DNA of 30,105 bases from a bacterium (lineage in GTDB: Bacteria; Hydrothermota; 32-111): positions 1 through 30,105 of the forward strand of contig JBFXGO010000033.1 in the NCBI GenBank assembly GCA_050239825.1, read 5' to 3'. A program made the translations under genes and the position numbers. Every line of letters starts with the position of its first letter. The first letter of the stretch is position 1. Below are positions 8,176-16,075 of this stretch, in pieces. The notes beneath the pieces are model-generated. The model saw nothing but the letters and a program-made list of their open reading frames with translations, made no database searches and was not told the DNA's origin.

Positions 8176-9089
8176 ACAATCGCTGCATATCATGCGGACT
8201 TCTTTTGAAGGGTGAAAAGTTCATGCATGAGAAGTGCATAAAGAGTCTCTTTTCCGTTTCAAAAATCCCCTCTGTCGGATTCTCTCTCAAAGAGATTTCC
8301 GTAAAGGCTCAGGAATGCGTCGGAAAGCTTTCAATATCAGGAGTCCGGCCGAAACTCTCTGCGAAAATAAATAGAAAAAATGCGAAAGTTGAGATTGTTC
8401 ATACGGGAGGTAGATTTATTATCAAGCCGCAGACCGACAGGTTTCCCCAAATGCCTGAAAACGAAAATTTGTGCATGACAATTTTTGAAATAGCCGGAAT
8501 AAAGACTGCCCTACACGGAATAATACCTCTTGCAGACAATTCAAACGCGTACATCGTGAGGCGCTTTGACAGGGAGGGGAATGAAAAAATTCACTTTGAG
8601 GACATGCAGTCCGTTCTTGACGAAGATGACAAATACGAAGGAAGCGCGGAAAAGATAGGAGACGCGATAAAATCACATGCAAAATTTCCCGGGCTTGAAA
8701 TTCAAAATTTTTTCAAGATTGTTATAATGAACTTCATTGTAGGAAACGGGGATGCGCATCTTAAAAATTACGGATTCATATACGAAGACGACGGCAATAA
8801 AATTCTTTCTCCCTGCTATGATATTGTCTCTTCCAAGCTTGTCATAAGGAAGGAGGAAGACAGCGCTTTAACCATAAACGGCAAAAAGAACAAGCTGAAG
8901 GCAGGCGATTTTCATAAGCTGGCCGAAGCAATGGGAATCGATGAACGAATCTCTTTGAACATAATCAAAGAAATAACTGAAGTCAGGGATACAATAATAA
9001 GTTTTGTTGAAGACTATCCGTTCATGTATGACATGAAAAGAGATTGCATCAAAATTCTACAGGACGGATATGAAAGAATCAACAGTTGA
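8172..9089 (+). CDS. hipT: HipA-family Ser/Thr kinase toxin lacking the N-terminal subdomain (HipT-like)
   Basis: SISGVRPK loop, FIIKP, ENE, YIVRRFDR, GNGDAHLKN, LSPCYDI; GTG 8172 overlaps the hipS stop; GGAG SD upstream. Confidence 0.85.
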   Translation: MNNRCISCGLLLKGEKFMHEKCIKSLFSVSKIPSVGFSLKEISVKAQECVGKLSISGVRPKLSAKINRKNAKVEIVHTGGRFIIKPQTDRFPQMPENENLCMTIFEIAGIKTALHGIIPLADNSNAYIVRRFDREGNEKIHFEDMQSVLDEDDKYEGSAEKIGDAIKSHAKFPGLEIQNFFKIVIMNFIVGNGDAHLKNYGFIYEDDGNKILSPCYDIVSSKLVIRKEEDSALTINGKKNKLKAGDFHKLAEAMGIDERISLNIIKEITEVRDTIISFVEDYPFMYDMKRDCIKILQDGYERINS

Positions 9090-9105
9090 AAATAGTCCTT
9101 CTTTC

Positions 9106-9160
9106 TTGACCTGACTGAGTATTTTTGATAAAATTAAAAGATAATTGAAAATTTTGGAGG
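9106..9160 (+). promoter_or_regulatory. sigma70 promoter (extended -10) and RBS for iorAB
   Basis: TTGACC 9106-9111, 17-nt spacer, TGaTAAAAT (-10 at 9129-9134); GGAGG 9156-9160. Confidence 0.7.
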
Positions 9161-9165
9161 TTTTG

Positions 9166-10917
9166 ATGAAAGAAATATTATCAGGAAATGAAGCTGTTGC
9201 ACGGGGAGCATTCGAAGGAGGACTCCATTTTGCATGCGCGTATCCGGGCACTCCGTCAACAGAGATTCTAGAGAATATAGCAAAATACAGAGAGATTCAC
9301 TCCCATTGGTCTGTGAATGAGAAGACGGCTTTGGAGACTGCTCTCGGAGCATCATTCGGAGGAATGCGCTCTCTTGTGGCAATGAAACATGTGGGTCTAA
9401 ATGTCGCCGCCGACCCTTTCTTTTCTGCGGGTTATATAGGAGCTACCGGAGGATTTGTAATAATCACAGCGGATGATCCGGGAATGCACTCTTCGCAGAA
9501 TGAGCAGGACAACAGGAATTATGCCAGAGCGGCGAAGATTCCCATGCTTGAGCCATCCGATTCTCAGGAAGCAAAAGATTTCACCAAAATTGCGCTGACA
9601 ATGAGCGAGGAGTTTGATACTCCCGTGCTTTTAAGACTAACGACGAGAATCTCCCACTCAAAATCGATAGTTGAACTGGCAGACAGGGAGATTGTTGAGG
9701 TAAAGGGTTATGAAAAGAATGTAAAGAAGAATCTAGTGATGCCGGCTCATGCAAGACTCCTTCATAAGAAGGTTGAAGAGAGGCTTCTAAAGCTTAAAGA
9801 GCTTTCAAATGATTTCAAATACAATTTCATTGAATACAAAGACAAGAAGGTCGGAGTAATAACATCGGGAATATCGTACCAGTATGTTAAAGAGGCGCTG
9901 CCCTCTGCATCGGTTCTCAAAATATCCCTAACCTGGCCTCTTCCAAACAGACTGATAAAGGAATTTGCCGATAATGTGGAGAATCTTTATGTGGTTGAGG
10001 AGAATGACCCGTTTATAGAGACCGAAGTGAAGGCGATGGGCATTAGAATAACAGGAAAGGATATAATACCGATAGTCGGCGAACTCAATCAGCGCATTGT
10101 GAAGGAGAGCTTTAAGGAGGTTGAAAAATATTCTCTGAAAGAGACTGCGGAAAAATCTCCCGCGCGTCCGCCTGCTCTCTGTCCCGGATGCCCTCACACC
10201 GCTGTATTTCACGCGATCAACAAACTGAAGCTGATTGCCACAGGAGATATAGGCTGTTATACTCTCGGAGCGCTTCCTCCTCTTAATGCAATGGATACAT
10301 GTGTAGATATGGGAGCATCTATAACCAATGCTCTGGGTCTAGAATATGCCCTTAGGGGAAAAGACAAGAGGAAGATAGTCGCTGTCATCGGAGATTCGAC
10401 TTTTTACCATTCGGGAATCACCGGGCTTATAGATTTGGTTTATAATAAAGGCACATCGACAGTAATTATTCTTGACAATTCGATAACTGCCATGACAGGG
10501 CATCAGGAGAATCCCGGTACGGGGAAAAATCTCATGGGAGAGAATGCTCCAAAATTCAATCTGGAAAATCTCGTTAAAGGGCTCGGCATAGATGATGTCT
10601 ATACAGTTGACGCATATGACCTTGAAGCTGTGACCAATCTCATAAAGCGCGAAACAGAGAGAGAAAAGCCATCTGTCATAATCGCAAGAAGACCCTGTAT
10701 ACTTCTTCCGGAAATGAAGAAGAAGGTCTTCGATAAATATGAAATTATAGAGGAAAAATGCACCGGTTGTCAGCTGTGCGTCAAGCTAGGATGCCCTGCA
10801 ATCTCTTTTGACAAGGAAAAGAAGAAAGCCCGCATAAACTCTTCTCTCTGCGTCGGATGCTCCCTCTGCTTCCAAGTGTGTAAGGTCGGAGCAATAAAAA
10901 AGGTTCAAGGAGAATAA
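9166..10917 (+). CDS. iorA: indolepyruvate:ferredoxin oxidoreductase alpha subunit
   Basis: SGNEAVARGA, YPGTPSTE, MKHVGLNVAAD, CPGCPH, GDIGCY, GDSTF..SG, two C-terminal 4Fe-4S motifs; start ATG 9166 after GGAGG. Confidence 0.95.
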   Translation: MKEILSGNEAVARGAFEGGLHFACAYPGTPSTEILENIAKYREIHSHWSVNEKTALETALGASFGGMRSLVAMKHVGLNVAADPFFSAGYIGATGGFVIITADDPGMHSSQNEQDNRNYARAAKIPMLEPSDSQEAKDFTKIALTMSEEFDTPVLLRLTTRISHSKSIVELADREIVEVKGYEKNVKKNLVMPAHARLLHKKVEERLLKLKELSNDFKYNFIEYKDKKVGVITSGISYQYVKEALPSASVLKISLTWPLPNRLIKEFADNVENLYVVEENDPFIETEVKAMGIRITGKDIIPIVGELNQRIVKESFKEVEKYSLKETAEKSPARPPALCPGCPHTAVFHAINKLKLIATGDIGCYTLGALPPLNAMDTCVDMGASITNALGLEYALRGKDKRKIVAVIGDSTFYHSGITGLIDLVYNKGTSTVIILDNSITAMTGHQENPGTGKNLMGENAPKFNLENLVKGLGIDDVYTVDAYDLEAVTNLIKRETEREKPSVIIARRPCILLPEMKKKVFDKYEIIEEKCTGCQLCVKLGCPAISFDKEKKKARINSSLCVGCSLCFQVCKVGAIKKVQGE

Positions 10918-10918
10918 A

Positions 10919-11494
10919 ATGAATACCAAGATAATAATTGCCGGAGTGGGCGGACAAGGAATACTTCTTGCAAGCGACATACTCTGCAAAGTCGCCATGA
11001 AGGCCGGTTATGACGCGAAGAAGAGCGAGGTACACGGCATGAGCCAGAGAGGCGGAGATGTAGTTTCTCATGTCATCTTCGGCGATAAGGTCTATTCGCC
11101 GCTCATTTCATACGATGAAGCGGACATCATTCTCTCATTCGAGCAGGTTGAGGCATTGAGGAATATTGATTACCTGAAGAAGGATGGAGTGATAATTGTC
11201 AACAGTATGAAGATACTGCCTCTTCCCGTTGCCTCCGGACTCGCCGATTATCCGAAGGATGCCATCGGTGAAGTCAAAAAATTTGCAAAAAACACAATTG
11301 TGATTGATGCCGAAGCAATAGCCAAAGAGCTTGGAAATACAAGAGTCATGAATGTCGTTCTTCTTGGAGTGATGGCAAAGAATGTGAAGAATATTAAAAA
11401 AGAGATCTGGATTGATGCTCTAAAAGAGAGTGTGCCTCATAAGACGATAGATGTAAATCTTAAAGCATTTGAAAGGGGATACGATTTTTCGTAA
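10919..11494 (+). CDS. iorB: indolepyruvate:ferredoxin oxidoreductase beta subunit
   Basis: GVGGQG, SEVHGMSQRGG, NVVLLG, NLKAFERG. Confidence 0.95.
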   Translation: MNTKIIIAGVGGQGILLASDILCKVAMKAGYDAKKSEVHGMSQRGGDVVSHVIFGDKVYSPLISYDEADIILSFEQVEALRNIDYLKKDGVIIVNSMKILPLPVASGLADYPKDAIGEVKKFAKNTIVIDAEAIAKELGNTRVMNVVLLGVMAKNVKNIKKEIWIDALKESVPHKTIDVNLKAFERGYDFS

Positions 11495-11497
11495 AAA

Positions 11498-12709
11498 ATG
11501 AAGATTCTCTACGGAGTCTCAGGCCACGGCAACGGCCACATAACAAGAAGCGCCTATATAATCAAGCTTCTTGAATCAAAGGGACACAGAATAAAGGTTC
11601 TGACATACGGACAGGGAATAAAATATATAGAGGCATCCAAAGAGAAATTTGATTATGTCGACATTTCAGGGTTTGATATTTACTATAGAGACGGATTTGT
11701 AAGGAATTATAAAACATTCTATGAATTTGTCAAAAGACTTCCCCTCAATTCGGCGAAACAGCTTTTTATATTTTTCAAAGTTGTTTACGACTTCAAACCC
11801 CATATTGTAATTTCGGATTTTGAGCCATTTTCGCAGATTCTTGCAAAATCAATAGGGATTCCACTTGTTGACATTGACAACAATATTGCAGTAAATATTT
11901 TGAAAGACAATCCCAATCCTTCATCTTATTCCGAAAAGTTTTATACAAAGGCAACTGTAAATCTTTTCGTGAGAAAAGCAAAATACCACTTCCTTCTTGC
12001 ATTTGCTCCTGAACACATCGAAGTTGACGAGGACAAAAAGTACAAATTGATAATAGTGCCCCCGATAATAAGAAACGAAATTATAGAGGCAAGAAAAAAA
12101 GTTGAAGACAGAAAATTCATACTTGTTTATCAAACATCAGACAGCATGGTTAAAAGAATAATGAAACTGACAAAAAGGTTCGACAATATCAAATTCATTG
12201 CTTACAAAGTGGCGATGGAAGAGACAGAGAATCTGAAGGTAAAGCAGTTTTCAAACACCGAATTTATAAATGACCTTGCATTATGTTCGGGTGTTATAAC
12301 AAACGGGGGATTCACGCTTATAAGCGAAGCGATTTATCTCGGAAAACCGATATACTCTGTGCCGATAAAAGGCCAGTATGAACAGAGAGTGAATGGCTTT
12401 TTAGTTGAAAAAATGGGGTATGGGCTGACAAGCAACAGTTTCGAAGAGGAGAGATTCGAAACATTCATCAATAACATTGAATCCTACAAAAAGAATCTTT
12501 CGCTTTATTTTCAGGACGGAAACAGAGAGTTCGAAAAGAAGCTTTTTTCCGCTTTGAATCTTGTAAATAAAAACCTTCCCAGAAGATACTATGATGTCAT
12601 AATAGCATCCCTGATACCGATAATTCAGATAAATGCACTTAAATTCTTTTTCTCAAGAATAATTCCTATTTACAAACAGCAGATGGTGAAACTTAGGAGC
12701 AGATTTTAA
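11498..12709 (+). CDS. GT-B glycosyltransferase, MJ1255/VC2487-like family
   Basis: MKILYGVSGHGNGHITRS, ISDFEP, NGGFTLISEAIYLGKP, GQYEQ..N. Confidence 0.85.
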   Translation: MKILYGVSGHGNGHITRSAYIIKLLESKGHRIKVLTYGQGIKYIEASKEKFDYVDISGFDIYYRDGFVRNYKTFYEFVKRLPLNSAKQLFIFFKVVYDFKPHIVISDFEPFSQILAKSIGIPLVDIDNNIAVNILKDNPNPSSYSEKFYTKATVNLFVRKAKYHFLLAFAPEHIEVDEDKKYKLIIVPPIIRNEIIEARKKVEDRKFILVYQTSDSMVKRIMKLTKRFDNIKFIAYKVAMEETENLKVKQFSNTEFINDLALCSGVITNGGFTLISEAIYLGKPIYSVPIKGQYEQRVNGFLVEKMGYGLTSNSFEEERFETFINNIESYKKNLSLYFQDGNREFEKKLFSALNLVNKNLPRRYYDVIIASLIPIIQINALKFFFSRIIPIYKQQMVKLRSRF

Positions 12710-13104
12710 TCTGCAGATGATTCTATCTTTTTTTTTAGGGATTCTATTTTTTTATAATACCATTTCAAAGCATTTTCATTGTCACCGAGGCTCTCATATG
12801 CCGAAGCCATCTCCTCTTCAGGCAGATTTTCCTCGACTGTCTTTTCAAACTTCTTCTTTTTGGAGTATAATTTTTCAAGAATCTCATATACATTTTCCTC
12901 CACATACTTCTCTTCAATAAGTCTATAGCATAGCTCTTCAGATTCGTCATTTCTATTCATAGCTTCAAGAGAGAGAGCCTTCAGATACATTACCTTTAAC
13001 TTGTTCTCCTCATTCTCGATGTCTTGGAGTATGTTTAACGCTTCGTCAAAGAGGTTTTGCTTAATGAGAATCTTTGCCGCAGTGAGGGTCTTGAACATTG
13101 TCAC
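12706..13104 (-). CDS. TPR-like alpha-helical hypothetical protein
   Basis: TLTAAKILIKQNLFDEALNIL and MASAYESLGDNENALKWY resemble TPR helices; start is GTG 13104 or ATG 13098. Confidence 0.6.
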   Translation of the reverse strand: MTMFKTLTAAKILIKQNLFDEALNILQDIENEENKLKVMYLKALSLEAMNRNDESEELCYRLIEEKYVEENVYEILEKLYSKKKKFEKTVEENLPEEEMASAYESLGDNENALKWYYKKIESLKKKIESSAD

Positions 13105-13352
13105 ATCTCTGACTGCTGTTCTTCCGAACCCTTCATGCAGTAAAGGTCAAAGCGGAAATTGTTTTCTTTGTGCACAGAACATTTCTTGCATTTGCATCCT
13201 CTGTCTTCAGTCACGCAAATGCTTCCCGATATCATGGAAAGACAGTGGCCTCCGCCCTCGCCGCACTCAGAGTGGGAGGGGCATTTCCCGCACAAGCACC
13301 TCTTCAGCGCCTCTTTCTCACTCATTGTTTTATTTTCCATTTTTTTAGTCAT
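13101..13352 (-). CDS. DUF2769-like Cys-rich small protein
   Basis: CLCGKCPS...C...C...C...GCKCKKCSV...LYC..G (10 Cys); SD AAGGAG. Confidence 0.75.
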   Translation of the reverse strand: MTKKMENKTMSEKEALKRCLCGKCPSHSECGEGGGHCLSMISGSICVTEDRGCKCKKCSVHKENNFRFDLYCMKGSEEQQSEM

Positions 13353-13370
13353 TCAGACTCCTTTATAAAC

Positions 13371-13398
13371 ATTATAGCTTCAGTAAAAAAAAAGTCAA
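13371..13398 (-). promoter_or_regulatory. sigma70 promoter for the DUF2769-TPR pair
   Basis: Minus strand: TTGACT (13398-13393), 16-nt spacer, TATAAT (13376-13371). Confidence 0.65.
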
Positions 13399-13408
13399 TT
13401 TACATAAT

Positions 13409-13437
13409 AAAAAAGGGGGCATGAAGCCCCCTTTTTT
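13409..13437. terminator. intrinsic terminator (symmetric) downstream of the clostripain-like gene
   Basis: AAAAAAGGGGGC-ATGAA-GCCCCCTTTTTT perfect stem; U-tract on either strand. Confidence 0.88.
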
Positions 13438-13451
13438 AAAAAGCGTATCTT

Positions 13452-15194
13452 CTATTTTAAAATGTCAAATCTGTGCTTTTCCGTCTTGTTGAGAAGAAGA
13501 TAGTATGTTCCATTAGGCAGTTTTTTTGTATCAATAGCACGGAGATTATCACACCCGGCAATTCTCTTTCCGGTTATATCGTAAAGAGCTATATTAGAAA
13601 TGAGATTGTCTGTAATGTATATTATGCCGTTGGAAAGAAAAGGCTCCGCATATGAAGAGACCACACTGCTTTTTGCAATTACATTCTTCTCAGTCATGGT
13701 GAATGCGACAACCTGATAATCGAATTTTCCGAGTTGGTCTAATCTATCCCTGTACTCGCCTTTCACTGCATGGCTTTCATATATTATTTCATTGTTTCTT
13801 AAAATCTGTATTCCGACATAGTGGGCAGAGCAATCATACTTGATTGTTGATACATGGTCATCGGCATTGTAATCTATTGACGAATTTGCATACATTGCTT
13901 CAGTGAATGTTGCAGTTGTCTGTCCGTAGATGAAATTGGTCCATGGCCAGCAGGCTCCATTTGTAGATCCGTTGTATGCAGAGCTTGCTCCCCAAGGGTG
14001 TGTCGCCGCGTCATACTCTGCTTCAAAATAGTATATGTTTGCATCATCCGGAAGGTATATACCGAGTCCGTGGGAATTGTTGAATCCGAACTGCCAGTCC
14101 TCAGGATTCATTTTATCAATTTTATTCATTATATTTACTGCATATCCCTTGACTCTTGCGCCTATAGTGCCGTTTGCATTGAGAAGATAACAGAAATGGT
14201 ATATATCCTTAAAATCTTCGTAGAAGGTTCCTGATGACATCTCCTGTGCTCCATCTATGCATGTTTGCACATCTGAAGCAGACCTTCCGTTTTCATCAAG
14301 AATGAGATACTGGGCAAGAGAGAATATCTGGCTTTTCAGATAAACGAACTCAGCCCTTGATATTCCATTTGTCTCTTTGTAGTCATTTATAACATTGTAT
14401 GTCAGAGTGTTTGCTGTTGATGTTCCATAGTAATTCTTGTAGTCATTTACTATCAAATGACCGAGCCATGCGTGAGAGGTGGGAGCGCTTGTGGCAAGGG
14501 AGAGGACAAAATCATCATAGTACCAGCCGGCGAAGGGTATGTTCGCCTCTGAAACCACCATCATATCGCACAGGTCATACATATCCCACAGAACCTCCAT
14601 GTATGACATAACGCACATGTCACACCCGATAAAATAAAGATTTTTTCCAAGCTGTGCCTTTACTCCGGCAAGTGCCTCGCGCCACTCTCCGGATGCTCCG
14701 CTCATGAAATCATCGGCTGTTTCATCGCTCATTCCTCCCTTAGAAGGCATATCTGTCTTTCCCCATCCGGCTCCATGGTTCCACATGACGAGTCCGTAAT
14801 TTGTCGCCTTGTAATTTTTGTCAACCCAATCAGCGAAATTGATCAGAGTCTGCGGGTCCGCCATATTCAACTCGCCGGGAGTTACTGAAGCGATGTCATT
14901 TATTATGCCGTCCGTTCCATTGCCCCCGCCCGAGAGATGATAGTACCTTGTGTCTGACCTCGTTCCCCCCTCATCGACATAACCTCCGTAGGAAGGATGA
15001 CCGTCGACGCAGATTAAGATGTCAAGATTGGAAGTCAAACTCCCGTAGGCATTCTCTATCTCGTCTATATCATCATTGATTGCGCTTGAAAGGTTATTGT
15101 CTCCGCATATATAAATAAGCAGAGCGAATGGTTTGGCTTGAACAATGGAAAACATACAAATCAATAAAACAACAAACAAAAAAAACTTTTTCAT
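13452..15194 (-). CDS. secreted clostripain-family (C11) cysteine peptidase with a T9SS-type C-terminal sorting domain
   Basis: Sec signal; YICGDNNL, ELNMADPQTL, MWNHGAGW (His), GCDMCVM (Cys), SEANIP..GW.Y; tail IALYDITGKRI...LPNGTYYL; SD AGGAGGTG; start moved to ATG 15194. Confidence 0.85.
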   Translation of the reverse strand: MKKFFLFVVLLICMFSIVQAKPFALLIYICGDNNLSSAINDDIDEIENAYGSLTSNLDILICVDGHPSYGGYVDEGGTRSDTRYYHLSGGGNGTDGIINDIASVTPGELNMADPQTLINFADWVDKNYKATNYGLVMWNHGAGWGKTDMPSKGGMSDETADDFMSGASGEWREALAGVKAQLGKNLYFIGCDMCVMSYMEVLWDMYDLCDMMVVSEANIPFAGWYYDDFVLSLATSAPTSHAWLGHLIVNDYKNYYGTSTANTLTYNVINDYKETNGISRAEFVYLKSQIFSLAQYLILDENGRSASDVQTCIDGAQEMSSGTFYEDFKDIYHFCYLLNANGTIGARVKGYAVNIMNKIDKMNPEDWQFGFNNSHGLGIYLPDDANIYYFEAEYDAATHPWGASSAYNGSTNGACWPWTNFIYGQTTATFTEAMYANSSIDYNADDHVSTIKYDCSAHYVGIQILRNNEIIYESHAVKGEYRDRLDQLGKFDYQVVAFTMTEKNVIAKSSVVSSYAEPFLSNGIIYITDNLISNIALYDITGKRIAGCDNLRAIDTKKLPNGTYYLLLNKTEKHRFDILK

Positions 15195-15379
15195 CTCACC
15201 TCCTTTTTTATTCAATGTAATTATTAGCATAAAATGTGCTAAATATAAACTATAAATATACTTATAACATAACCTGCAAAATTAATTTTGTATCTTTTAT
15301 TTAAATATGTGCAAATTTTGCCCTCGATTATAAAAGAACGAATAATATGCATTTTTTACTGATTTTCAGCTAATTTTCA

Positions 15380-15408
15380 TTGATTTATTTATAAGAATAT
15401 GATATAAT
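15380..15408 (+). promoter_or_regulatory. sigma70 promoter (extended -10) heading the smr-gyrA-...-yprB run
   Basis: TTGATT 15380-15385, 17-nt spacer, TGaTATAAT (-10 at 15403-15408); ATG 15417; no SD. Confidence 0.7.
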
Positions 15409-15416
15409 AAAATATT

Positions 15417-15776
15417 ATGGATAATAGTGATAGAGAGAGATTTGAAGAGGCTTTGAAAAGAGATAAATTCTCATACAATGAGAAATTCAAAGGGTTTGCT
15501 CCTAATAAAAAAAGAAATGGAAATGCCGAAAAAAGAGTTGACCTTCACAAAGCAACCAGAGAGAGAGCAGAGGAGATTATTGTGACTGCTTTGAAAAGCA
15601 ATGCTTACTCAAAAACCGCCAAAATAGTCTTGATTTGCGGGAGAGGCATTCACTCTGAAGGAGAGCCTGTTTTGAGAAGACATGCGGAAGAGGTTCTTTT
15701 AAAGATGAAAGAGTATTATGAGAAGTATAGTGTGGATTTAAACAACAATATAACAGTTTACTTGAGGGAAAGATGA
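15417..15776 (+). CDS. stand-alone Smr (small MutS-related) domain protein
   Basis: VDLH...A...KIVLICGRGIHS...PVLR. Confidence 0.82.
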   Translation: MDNSDRERFEEALKRDKFSYNEKFKGFAPNKKRNGNAEKRVDLHKATRERAEEIIVTALKSNAYSKTAKIVLICGRGIHSEGEPVLRRHAEEVLLKMKEYYEKYSVDLNNNITVYLRER

Positions 15777-16066
15777 AAAAAATAATTCTTATTATTTTAA
15801 CCGCAGTTTTGATTTTAACCGGATGTTCGGATGCCGTCAATGAAGGCTCGAAAACAGCCAAGAAGGCTCTGGAGCTTCCCGACAGAGCAGAGGTGATTTC
15901 AGACCTCGTCAAAATACGCAACAGCGTAAATTTGTATTATACGGAAAAGGGATATTTTCCCGAGAGTATTCAGGATCTGAATCTGGATTTGTACTGTCCG
16001 ACGGAGGATTATAACTATGATTTTGAAACAGGGTCGGTCAAGCATAAAGATTTTTCTCAATTATAA
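15773..16066 (+). CDS. small lipoprotein with a pseudopilin-like (GspG-like) segment
   Basis: Lipobox LTGC; DLVKIRNSVNLYYTEKGYFPESIQDL; ATGA overlap with smr. Confidence 0.6.
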   Translation: MKKIILIILTAVLILTGCSDAVNEGSKTAKKALELPDRAEVISDLVKIRNSVNLYYTEKGYFPESIQDLNLDLYCPTEDYNYDFETGSVKHKDFSQL

Positions 16067-16075
16067 GGAGTTTTA

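Noticed and set aside
15224..15242. CIRCE (HrcA) element
   Set aside because: Only the outer TTAGCA/TGCTAA match; CIRCE needs TTAGCACTC-N9-GAGTGCTAA
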